Below, piece after piece: positions 1-29,745 of a stretch of 64,000 bases of DNA (position 1 is its first letter; each line of letters starts with the position of its first letter). Location of the stretch: positions 1 through 64,000 of the forward strand of contig JAQGDQ010000652.1 of the NCBI GenBank assembly GCA_030141605.1, given 5' to 3'. The DNA comes from Tubiluchus corallicola (taxonomy: Eukaryota > Animalia > Priapulida). The notes beneath the pieces were generated by a model. It was not told the DNA's origin. It made no database searches and worked only from the letters and a program-made list of their open reading frames with translations. The position numbers and the translations under genes are program-made.

Positions 1-206
1 AACTGCAACGCCCCCCAATCAAAATTGATAAATTCAACCTTAATTCTTTCACATCACGTTCCCTTTCAGACCATTACAAGCTGCAGTTTAAGATTGCGTC
101 CTTTAAAGATTTTATCAAGTAAATCTTGAAGATTAGCTATATTACATGTTATTGGTATGAAAAAAGAAAAAATCCTAAAAAATCTGCTCCGTATAGTTCT
201 GATCAC

Positions 207-19034
<18,828 letters not shown>

Positions 19035-19050
19035 GATGTTGTGGCGACTG

Positions 19051-19064
19051 AGGTGACGTCACCT
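19051..19064. promoter_or_regulatory. Perfect palindrome AGGTGACGTCACCT containing a full CRE (TGACGTCA), just upstream of the SEC63 ATG
   Basis: Motif read directly; function as a bZIP site is inferred. Confidence 0.45.
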
Positions 19065-20449
19065 TTCACCCCGTAAGCTTTGCTATAAGTGTTGCAAGTG
19101 AATTTAATTCATCAAGGTTTATTTCAAACTTTTTACGACGAGATTTTCTAACAGTGATGCCAATACAAAGCTAATAACAAAAAAATTAAACATAAATGGA
19201 AGCGGCGTTGGAAGCTACTGGCGTAAAAACGCCTAGTGTTTATTTGGGTAATAGTATCGCTTAATTGTCTTAAAGATAGATTTATTTTCTTAGTATTGTA
19301 GTTTTGTATTAACCAAATTTACGTGACTGTTTGCAAAGGTTTTTTAATGACCATAAAAGTTAATAAATTTCATGCAAAACACCATGTTTAATAGACAGGC
19401 TAGTACAATGGTACTCTTGACATACGGAACTTACTTGGAACTTTTTGACACCAAATTGCAAAATAAATAGCAAAAACTATGTGGCAAGATAATTTCAATA
19501 TCCCTAGTAAAAAACATTGTCAAGACTAGAAAATTTATCAATTCTTAAAATCAAAACTATATCAGTCCTGCCCCTGGAACTTGAGTAAAAGTTTCCATTT
19601 TGATTAGAGTGTTTATCAGCAATTTACTATGCAAGTAAACTCGATTATTTTCTTCTGAACATAGTTGTTATAGTTGTTTTGATTTGTTTACAAAAACTAT
19701 ATTATCATAAAATATGGGTAGGGTGAAAAAGAAAGACAATTTCAGTTCCTTTGAGTAGATAAATTCCTACTAGCAATTCCATTTCCACTGAGTACATAAA
19801 TTCCACGTTTTGCCATGTGGAAATTCACCATTATCAACACAGGAAGTCGAAAAACAAGAATGACATCGACAAATTCTCCCCCTAGTCAGCAGAATATTTT
19901 GCCCACACCATTCAAAATGAATAAGACCTTATGTCTGACAAAGCCATAGTCAAAAGTCTTAGCCAACAATGCCCTGCATAAGTATTTACTCCATCAGAAA
20001 AGCATTGTGCCACCAGTGATTTATGAATCTCTATCTGAAATTCCTGAAAAAATGTGGTTAGGCACATTAAAGGAACAAGGGAGCCCACCACATGTGTTGT
20101 GCAGCCTGAAAGTACATGTACGTACTTACCAACCAATTATGGAAGAAAAATACCATATTGGACATAATTCCGTTAGTGTGATTCATGGTAGCGGGAACAA
20201 AGAGCCAAACACTCACCGATGAAAGGAAATCTGTTTTTTTTGGTGAGAAAAGATTTGACTTTGACATTGTGTATTAATCACTAAGGATAACTGTAGGAAA
20301 TATAACTTCAGTCAATGAGAAAACCAGTGATTGGTTGCAAACACGTCTGATTAAGTTTGCACAGACGGCATCAGGTGTTAGAAGAAACTTGCTGTTATGT
20401 CAGTGTACATGCTAAAGCACCGAATAAACAAAGAAAGGGTAGCTGTATT

Positions 20450-20875
20450 ACATGTCTTGAATCTAGAGGATTTGTGACTCTTTAGATCCCGAGATTGGAC
20501 ACTTGGTTGCAGGGCTTTGGCAGACTTCAAACTTGCAACAGAGATATGAGTGAGGAGACCTCTGTTCTGCTCTGCCCTGACCTCTGACAAAGTTACACAA
20601 TAATTATTTAGATTAAGCTTAAACCATCTAATGCGCACATTTCTATCAGGGTCACAATGTTGTATTTGCCTTAATTTAATCTAAAACATGTTTCTTTGCT
20701 AGAACTTGACTCTGTGGCGTGAGTTGTCGACTTGACGAAATCCGTTGTTTTTGTTGCTTGGTTGCTGTCTTGGTTGTCAAAGTTGTCTCGATTGTTGCCT
20801 TGGTTGTTCTAGTGGTTGTCGAAGCTTCCATGGGCTTTAGAGTGGTCGAAGATTTTGTAGTTGAGACACCAGGAG
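20450..20875 (-). pseudogene. Decayed third paralog fragment of the LRR/mucin gene
   Basis: 20765-20873 reads PGVSTTKSSTTLKPMEASTTTRTTKATIETTLTTKT, matching paralog B's PGVSIATSSTITLKPTEASTTKTT; weak LQPSVQ similarity to MHPSVN near 20500. Confidence 0.55.
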
Positions 20876-20974
20876 GAATAATTTGTGGAAAAACAGCGTT
20901 ACGTGGAAGATGTCTTGTTAGTTTTTTTCTGTACTTTATGTTCTAGGCGATTTAGAGTAGAAACAGAAGTGGGT

Positions 20975-21008
<34 letters not shown>

Positions 21009-21854
21009 GATAAGTGGCCTCCTTTGTACTTGTTAACATTATGAAATTGCTGTCAGGTGACCTAGTTCACCTCTTCTCTGAGTTCAAATGCTTAGCTTTA
21101 GTGAAATCACCATATCTACGTCAAAATCGCAATATTTTAAAAGTTTGTGCTGTTCAAATCATACTTTTGTCTGCCTATTCTATTTTTGGAAATGGTGCCA
21201 GCTTATCTTATGTCACTTTCGAAGTCCTGATCTTTGTAAATATTTCTTATTTTCTTTAATAAAACTGTCAAGTGAGAGGCTTTTCTATTTTAACTGATTT
21301 GTTTAGTGTTTCGGGTTTTTTGTTGCATTTGTGATGCGTGGTGAGGCAACAGAAATATTTTATCAGAAACAAAGTGTAGACAAACTAATACCTTTCGTTA
21401 TTAATTTAATTTGACAACCCTAATTTAGATATAGTTATGCAGTATAAAACTCGCATAGTAGCTGAACTCAATTGGATGCACGGAAAAAAGCGGTGCAATT
21501 TCGTTGTAAAATGGAGTTTCTTGCTGCACGGGATTTCCAAAAAAAATCGGAAATTGTCTGATTTTCTGACAGCAATTCCATACGTCATTTTCCTTGCGTC
21601 CTCAGTGTGAAATAGGCCTTACTTGTCTATTTAATACTATGCCAAAACATCAACACATACCTAAATGTGTGACAGATTCAATACATATTAATAAGCACAA
21701 AAATGGGAAATATCTCTTCCTGCTGATAACTGCAGGCCAATTGTCACTGGTATCTTGTCAAGTACAATATTTAAAATAATAATTTTTACTAAAATTAATG
21801 TAACTAACTTAATGTTACTGATGATGCACTGTTTATGATACAAGAAGGTTCATG

Positions 21855-22275
21855 ATCATCCCTCAAATCTAAAGCTGTGCTAAATCTTTTTTCCGGTATA
21901 TCTATATATGTAGTTGAACTCCTCTTGGCACTTTTGTTGTTTCAGGGGTTTTCATTGATGCTATGATCAGATGCTGATTCTTGAGATTGTTTTTAGTACA
22001 TGCTAAATCTAGTGCAATCTTACTTGTATTTGTTTACTCCAAGAATTTTTCTTGACCACATAATACAGATCATCGTTGGACATTACATTCTGTCAAGCCA
22101 TTTAATTTTTAGTAATTTTCTGTAAGAACGTTTTTAAAAAGCGTCAATTTCATTCTGCTGTTTAACATTTATTGTCCGCAGTTTAGTGTTGTACAAGAAC
22201 ACAAGTTCAACTAAAGTTGAAAAAATCTGGAATTTGGTTTCAAGAGCAAGTTTCGTGTTTTCAAAAACCATTGTG
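21855..22275 (-). mobile_element. RTE-like LINE ORF C-terminal fragment; internally deleted copy at 26273-26468
   Basis: LETKFQIFSTLVELVFLYNTKLRTINVKQQNEIDAF*KRSYRKLLKIKWLDR..SNDDLY, resembling the RTE post-RT region. Confidence 0.65.
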
Positions 22276-22899
22276 CCAATAATACTGCAAAAGTGTTTCT
22301 AGTAATTAGATAATAGGTTTAAAATTTAATCAATGTCACAAACGAACACAATTTTCAACAACACAGACATTCCATGAGTGTGTTGAACTGCTGATAACTA
22401 CCAAGTCAAGTACCAAGATACTGTCAAGTACAATACTTAAAACAATAATTTTTACTAAAACTAATGTAGCTAATTTATTGTTACTAATGATGCACGGTTT
22501 ATGATGTAAGAGGGTTCTTGGTAATGAACTTACTATTGATGTTTTTAATGAATAATGTTGTTTTCGAGAACGGGTTGCCATAAGGAACTGTTACATATAC
22601 TCAGTAATTACCTGCTAGAGCTTAGAAGGCTAAGAGTTAACATGATTATGGTTTTCAAAACCGTTAAAGATGTTATATTAAAATCTACGTTTAATTGATG
22701 GACGTGAATGTCGCAATTACTTTTTCTTTCCCAGAACTATATCTCTTCGGAATTCTCTTCCTTTTCATGTTGTCATGGCTTCCTCTTTAACTTCTTTCAA
22801 AATCTCTCTAAAGAAATTGTCATTTAATAATCTTCTCGAAATTTTCCTTAGTTTACAGGATGCTGTTCATAGTGGTCCCCTGAATTTCCAGAACGTGAC

Positions 22900-23250
22900 G
22901 CTTTCACTTCACAGAAGAGACACAGAACTGTTCCAAGAAACGCTAAGCAGGCAAAGCTGCAAACAAGGCTTTTGCATTACAAATCTTACTGCAACTGTTC
23001 ATTATCTGAAAGGTTTGCAAAAATTATTACCAAAGAGAGAGCTGCAGGCCGCGAATTCAGACATCATTTGTGCATGCCCCTAGAAGTGCTAGGGCTTGGG
23101 AATATTGCATGCCAAATACCTTGAAACGATAACACGTAAATGAATTGTCATCAAGATATAATAAAATGAATGGTTGTCAGCCAGGCGGGACAAATGGGAA
23201 TAATATTTCGTATGCTGATGACATAATAATTTTTGCCCAAACAATACCTG
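22900..23250 (+). mobile_element. Possible highly decayed LINE (L1/Tx1-like) fragment
   Basis: ...DIICACP*KC*GLGILH resembles the CxPxxxGGLG motif; many stops. Confidence 0.3.
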
Positions 23251-23961
23251 TATAACATGAAATCTTACATCGTTTTGTAAGATATTCACAAATTCACAAT
23301 ACTCATTAATACTAAGAAAACTAAATTATGTTTTCCACCCACGCCGATTTCATTCCCCATGCAGTCTTGAGTTCGAGACTAGATGCTGTCAAAGCCAGGT
23401 CATGTACGTTATTCGTTATTTGTGCGTTGTTTCCTTACCTGTATTGTTGTAAGTCGCTGAGCAGAGATCAGTGATTGTAATGATATACTGAAAATTCCAT
23501 GTGAATTATGTAAATTCATTAATTTTTGCTATTGTAAACAGCGGGATTTGTTGTACTAGATTAAGTAGCGCATGTTTATGTGTTGTGCAGTTTACACAAA
23601 GGTTGGTGAAGATTCATTAATTACTTGATGTTAATGAATTTGATTTTACCAGTAATTATGAGTGAAGCACATTATTACAGTGCTAACGTTGTCTGTTAGG
23701 TGAATAACGGTAAAAAGATCTTGTCTTTGACTTTGTCTTGGTTCAGAACATTATTGCAGTTGATGTGTTTCTGAATGAAATACAGTTTTTTTTATCACAC
23801 ATGAAAATTATCCAGGACATGTTTTATGCACTGATGTGAATGACAATACTAATATTATGAGCCAGAAAACTATACATTAATTTCTATTATCTCAAATTGG
23901 TCTTACAGATTTTCGTTGCAATGATAGCGCTTTGAAATAATAATGTACCAGGAACACGTTT

Positions 23962-26045
23962 TTATATGAAGTGCAGGAGAATGAGAAATAAACTTCCCAC
24001 GTTACTGATCGTTGTTGTGCTAGTACTATTGGCAGAGACACGTAGGGCACGCGTTCTGTCACAGTCAAAGTCTGAAAGATTTAGCTGCTCGTTGGATATT
24101 TGAGGTTCGAAGCAGTCAACCAATGATTTGCTCCAATTCACTTCCTTTGTCCAAACTGCATCGCAGTCGCAAGTTAGTCGACTTTCTAATAACTTAAACT
24201 CCACTGTGCCAGGATTGACACTTTGGTGCAGCTTAGGCATGGTCATGCTGCTTATTTTCGTTCTGACAAAACTGATGGAGCGAATTGAAGGGTTATTTGA
24301 GAGATCCAAATTGGCAAAGGTCAGTGCAGTACAGTTAATAAAGGCAATTGTTTCCAAACTCTGAATCTTGCGAAATGCCCTGGCATGGATGGATTGTAAC
24401 TGTTTCATGGTTTCCATTCGGATGTTTACAATCGAACCATGTATGTCATTTTTGTCAAGAAAATTTACATCACTATTCATTACCAACAATGTTTCGACTT
24501 GTTTTCCATTCAGAAACTCCTTTGGCAATTGTGTATCTCCGTAGAAAAGGATCTTCAGTGTGATATTGGCAATGACAGGCAATGATTTTGAAATTTCACT
24601 CAGTTGGGTGTAACTCAGATTCATTTGGTTACCATCACATGTTATGGTATCCAACATAAAAGTACAACCTAAAATTTCTGTTGTGTTGGTTGTTGAAACT
24701 TCTGTAGGTTTTATGGTTGTCGAAGTTGTCTCAGTTGTTGCATTGATTGTTGTCTCCGTTGCCGAAACTTCTGTAGGTTTTATGGTTGTCGAAGTTATTT
24801 CAGTTGTTGCGTTGATTGTTGTCTCCGTTGCCGAAACTTCTGTAGGTTTTATGGTTGTCGAAGTTGTTTCAGTTGTTGCGTTGATTGTTGTCTCCGTTGC
24901 GGAAATTTCTGTAGGTTTTATGGTTGTCGAAGTTGTTTCAGTTGTTGCCTTGATTGTTGTCTCCGTTGCCGAAATTTCTGAAGGTTTTATGGTTGCCGAA
25001 GTTGTTTCAGTTGTTGCCTTGATTGTTGTCTCCGTTGCCGAAACTTCTGTAGGTTTTATGGTTGTCAAAGTTATTTCAGTTGTTGCGTTGATTGTTGTCT
25101 CCGTTACCGAAATTTCTGTAGGTTTTATGGTTACAGAAGTTGTCTCAGTTGTTGGCTTGGTTGTTGTTTTGGTTGTCAAAGTGTCTTGGTTGTTGTCTTG
25201 GTCGTCGAAGCTTCTGTAGGCTTTAGCGTAATGGTCGAAGACGTTGCAATTGAGACACCAGGACAAAAATCCTCTAAGGTATGATTTGTTGTGGCTCTAG
25301 TATTTCTTTCTTTAGCGTTGGGTAGCTGTTCACATTCTATTTCACTCCAACGATTCTGTAATTGGATTTTTTTCATCCAAGCTGTTCTGCAGTCACAGAT
25401 TAAAGGACAGGATGAGATCATAATTGTTAAGTTTGCGAACAGATCATTTTCATTCTGAAATTTTGGCAAATCCATTGTAGTGATACCTGTGTTGACTATG
25501 AACAATTCACGAAACTTTGGACAGTCATACAAGTCCAGATCCAACTCCTTCAACTTTTCAGAATGCCTGATATCGATTCCTTTCAAACCATTCAAGTTGC
25601 TAAAAGCCTGGGGATGAATGAATACCAATTTTTTAGCATTAAATATTTTAAAAAATTCCACCCCCGTAGCACTAATAAAGTTCTTTTCAATTTTGTCCAG
25701 ACTGTGGGCTTCCCATATCGAAATATATGAAACTTCTGTGCCTCGTAGAAAGTCTGAAGGCAGAGCATTGTCCACGTAATGTGACACAGAAATATGATTT
25801 GCTTTTTTTGCAGATGTATCAGCTTCAGATATTATAGCTGTTTTCAGTTCTTCCAATGTAGCCTTATTAGGTTTTTCTAGAACACCCCTGTAATGTCCAC
25901 CGCAAAATATATCAAAAACAAACTTTGATCTCTTTATCGAACAGAATTGAATGAAAGGATCACCTTCCCTTTCTCCGCCCAAACTAAGTGTTGCTAACAT
26001 CATGAATACAACGCCAAACTTTGCTGTGTAAAATATATGCGACAT
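23962..26045 (-). pseudogene. Paralog B of the LRR-like GPI protein with a long mucin-like stalk; split by a 1-nt deletion at about 25182 (ORFs 25176-26045 and 23962-25266; about 694 aa if repaired)
   Basis: Both ORFs align colinearly with paralog A. Plus strand reads aaagtgtc here versus aaagttgtc in paralog A and in the remnant. This could be a pseudogene, a truncation allele or an assembly error. Confidence 0.75.
24680..25140 (-). repeat. 69-bp coding minisatellite (about 6.5 x TEVSATETTINATTETTSTTIKP), Thr-rich stalk
   Basis: Unit spacing 24695 to 24764; 23-aa periodicity in the ORF. Confidence 0.9.
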
Positions 26046-26954
26046 CACAGTTGCAAAGTCGCGTCAGACAGCTCTCGAATTTTATGTTTGAACAAAATTT
26101 CCACAAAGCTTGAAGGCATCAGTGAGAAAGTGAGAGGAATCTCTGATACGTCACCAATGAAACAATTATTCATTCGTTGCTATGTTACACATCATCATCA
26201 TCATCTACGTGTTTCTACAATAAATAACACAGCGCCACGCATTCCACTCCACCACCATCACCCACTATTCATCATCATCCCTCAAATCTAAAGCTGTGCT
26301 AAATTTTTTTGCGGTATATCTATATATGTAGTTGACTTCCTCTTGGCACTTTTTTTAACATTTGTTGTCCGTAGTTCAGTATTGTACAAGAGCACAAGTT
26401 CAACTAAACTTGAAAGAATCTGGAATTTGGTTTCAAGAGCAAGTTTCGTGTTTTCTAAAACCATTGTGAGACTGAATAAGCAGAAAATGCAAGATTTTTT
26501 TCTTCGTGTGTCGGCTTTAGTGTATAACAAGGTACCAAGGTATTTACATCTTTTCCACGAATCACACCCGCCTCTCCGAACATTTTATTGTTCTGCCTTT
26601 GTATTATTAATTATAGGATTATGTTTTTCTAAACGGCAGCTGATCCATGGATTTTGTACGTTACAGTTCCTCTATATTAGCTGCTATGCAAGAAATATCA
26701 TCTGCATATTGCATGAAGGTTAAAAGATGAAGACGCTTCGAATGTATCTCAATTGTGTTCAAATAGTGCACCTGGTCTTAAGTTTTTTGGATTATTGATA
26801 TGACAATCTAAAAACTGGAAAAAAGCTAAGCTTCAAAACTGGTTTGTGATAAACCATTTTCAGGCACCATACCAGCGGCTTAGCTCTCTAGTTGAAGATC
26901 AAATACAACCATTCTCAGGCATCATACCAGCGGTTTGGCTTCCTAGATAAAGAT

Positions 26955-27679
26955 CAAATACAACCTACTTCATGAAATTCCCGTCTTACACAAAAACAGA
27001 AAGAAAATTCTCTAACTAAGATATTCTGACATATTCAACTTTTTCTTGGTAGTTTATGTAAGAGGAAATCGGATGTGAAGGTGCCATGGATTGCAAGGAA
27101 AATTTGAAACTAAATTTCGTTTATTGCACTCGAAGGAATTACAGAAATTATGCGGTATCCAAGAAAGCCGTTGTTAGACGTTGGACCATTTCGGAAGTTT
27201 CATGAGCAAAAGGGAAGAAAATGTTTTGTTGAAATGCAACTTCGATACCCGATTTCATTTGCGACGATCTAAAAACCAGGCGTGGAATGCTGATTAAGAT
27301 GCCACTGTAACGTCACGGATTTCAAAGAGCCGCGAATTTTTTGCAACGGTTTAGAATTTCCTACGTTCAACAGTCGCCGAACTATTCCCAGACAATGCTT
27401 TGTGACATTTCTCGCATATCATCCATGCGAAAATCTCACGACTTTCGCTACGTTTTTGTAAATTTTCGCCATTTTTCTCCAGGAAAAACTGCAAAGATGA
27501 GGAAGGCATGAACTGCGCACGGGTATATATCGATCATTTCACTGCAATTTCGTGGAATTTTCCATGTGGGACAACCGTTGTTCGTAAAACTGAATTCACA
27601 GTTTAGGTAAACTTTATAAGCTTATAACTGAGGGTTGAAAATCCTGTAGATTGTGTACTTAGGTGTATTATAACAAGCC
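26955..27679 (+). repeat. About 730-bp interspersed repeat, copy 1 (near-identical to 31570-32308)
   Basis: caaatacaacctacttcatg ... ggtgtattataacaagcc in both copies; only scattered substitutions and one indel of about 14 nt. Confidence 0.9.
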
Positions 27680-28200
27680 GTCACTTGCATTTTATAACGT
27701 GTCATGAATTCCATTATACAGTTTATTATTGTGTTTCCCTATTTATCATACTATGCTTTTATCATTAAAGATTTTTCGCATCCGTGGCTTACTTCCGGTT
27801 TACTACCTGTATGAGCATTGCCAGGAATTACTTATAATATACTTCAAGAACAAACGCATTTACACAGCCTCTGACTCAGTGACCTGTGGAATAATTATTA
27901 CCAGAAGGAGCTACATGTCACAAACTCACACGTCAGTTTCACACACCCCTGCAATTAGGCAAGTAGGCTAAGCTATAATACATTTGATGTTTGTTTCCCT
28001 CTACTGATTGTTTTAGATTAAAAGGTTTTTTAACCTGGCAAAAATTGCTTGTTTACTTTCGTTTTTCAGTGGTTGTTGTCAGTTGTAACCAGAAACACCA
28101 GTAAATACATAAAATTGGATTTTAAAATGTAATTTCTATAATCTCGAATTTCTGCTATTTCATCGAATTTTCGTGATAATTATGCTTCAGGGACATGTTT

Positions 28201-29745
28201 TTATATGAAGTGCAGGAGAACGAGAAAACTTCCCATGTTACTGATCGTTGTTGTACTAGTACTTTTGACAGAGACATGTCGGGCACGCGTTCTGTCACAG
28301 TTGAAATCTGAAAGCTTTAGCTGTTCATTAGATATTTGAGGATCCATGCAGTCAACCATTGATTTGCTCCAATTCACTTCCTTTGTCCAAACAACTTTGC
28401 AGTCACAAGTTAGTTGACTTTCTAATAACTTAAACTCCACTGTGCCAGGATTGACACTTGGGTGCATCTCAGGCATCGTCATGGTGCTTATTTTTGTCCC
28501 AGTAAAACTGATGGAACGAATTGAAGGGTTATTTGAGAGATCCAAATTGGCTACACTCAATGCAACACAGTCAATAAAAGCAATTGTCTGCAAACTCTGA
28601 ATCCTGTGAAACGCACTTTGTTGGATCAATTGTAACTGTTTCATGGTTTCCATTCGAAAGTTTACAATCGAACCATGTATGTCATTTTGCCCAAGAAAAT
28701 TTATATTACTATTCATTACCAACAATGTTTCGACTTGTTTTCCCTTCAGAAACTCCTGTGGCAATTGTGTATCTCCGTAGAAAAGGATCTTCAGCGTGAT
28801 ACTGGCATCGAGCGGCAATGATTTTGAAATTTCAGTCAGCTGGTAGTGACCCAGAACCATTTGGTTACCATCACATGTTATGGTATCCAACATTACTGTA
28901 CAACCTAAAATTTCGTAAATATCCAATACTGTAGTCTCGGTTGTCAAAGTTGTCTCGGTTGTTGTCTTGGTTGGACAAAAATCCTCCAAAGTGTGCTCAG
29001 TTGCTGCTACGGTATTTTGTTCTTTAGCATTAGGTAACTGTCTACACTGTAGGAGACTCTGACGATTTCGTACTTGGACTTTTTTCATCCAGACTGTTCT
29101 ACAGTCGCAGATTAAAGGATTTTTGAAGATTCTAATATTTAAATTTTCGAATATAACGGTTTCATCTTGAAATTCTGGCACATCCATTGTAGTGATGCCT
29201 GTTGAGACTATTTCGAACCAACGAAACTTTGGACAGTTATACAAATCGAGTTTCAACTCCTTAAACTTTGGACAATCTCTGATTACGATCATTCTCAAAT
29301 CATTCAAGTTACTGAATGCCCGGCGGTGAATGAACGTCAGTTCGTTAGCATTTAATAACGAAAACTCTTCAACACCCGTAGCACTGATAAAGTTTTCCTC
29401 AATTTTGAGTAGACTGTTAGCATACGATACATGAATACGATAAACTCGTGCGCCTTGTAGAAAGTTCGTAGGCAGATCATTGTCAACGTAATGCGAAACA
29501 GAAATAAGCCTTATCGATTTTAACTTATAATCAGATATTAACGCTGTTCTCAGTTCTTCCATAGTAGCCTTGTTGGTTTTTTCCAGAAAATTGTCGTGAA
29601 AACCACCGCAATGTATCTCAGTTGTTCCAGATCTCTTTTTTAATGTACAAGATTGAAAAGGATCGGTTTCTCTGCCCAAACAAGGTATTCTTAGCGTAAT
29701 AAGTAAAACGCCAAATTTTGCAGCATACAGCATTTGCAGCATCAT
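28201..29745 (-). CDS. Intronless two-domain LRR-like cell-surface protein, putatively GPI-anchored (514 aa; paralog A)
   Basis: Signal peptide (MMLQMLYAAKFGVLLITLRIPCLG); Cys N-cap; irregular LRRs (IHRRAFSNLNDLRMIVI); LRRCT-like PLICDCRTVW and LTCDCKVVW; short Thr linker; S/T spacer and short hydrophobic C-terminus with no cytoplasmic tail. Confidence 0.85.
   Translation of the reverse strand: MMLQMLYAAKFGVLLITLRIPCLGRETDPFQSCTLKKRSGTTEIHCGGFHDNFLEKTNKATMEELRTALISDYKLKSIRLISVSHYVDNDLPTNFLQGARVYRIHVSYANSLLKIEENFISATGVEEFSLLNANELTFIHRRAFSNLNDLRMIVIRDCPKFKELKLDLYNCPKFRWFEIVSTGITTMDVPEFQDETVIFENLNIRIFKNPLICDCRTVWMKKVQVRNRQSLLQCRQLPNAKEQNTVAATEHTLEDFCPTKTTTETTLTTETTVLDIYEILGCTVMLDTITCDGNQMVLGHYQLTEISKSLPLDASITLKILFYGDTQLPQEFLKGKQVETLLVMNSNINFLGQNDIHGSIVNFRMETMKQLQLIQQSAFHRIQSLQTIAFIDCVALSVANLDLSNNPSIRSISFTGTKISTMTMPEMHPSVNPGTVEFKLLESQLTCDCKVVWTKEVNWSKSMVDCMDPQISNEQLKLSDFNCDRTRARHVSVKSTSTTTISNMGSFLVLLHFI

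Noticed and set aside
19912-20267. Short ORFs as a divergent gene sharing the SEC63 promoter
   Set aside because: No recognisable domain, in-frame stops, and no convincing splice structure
24644-25219. 191-aa Val-rich hydrophobic ORF on the plus strand (also 20719-20946)
   Set aside because: Antisense shadow of the Thr-rich stalk codons
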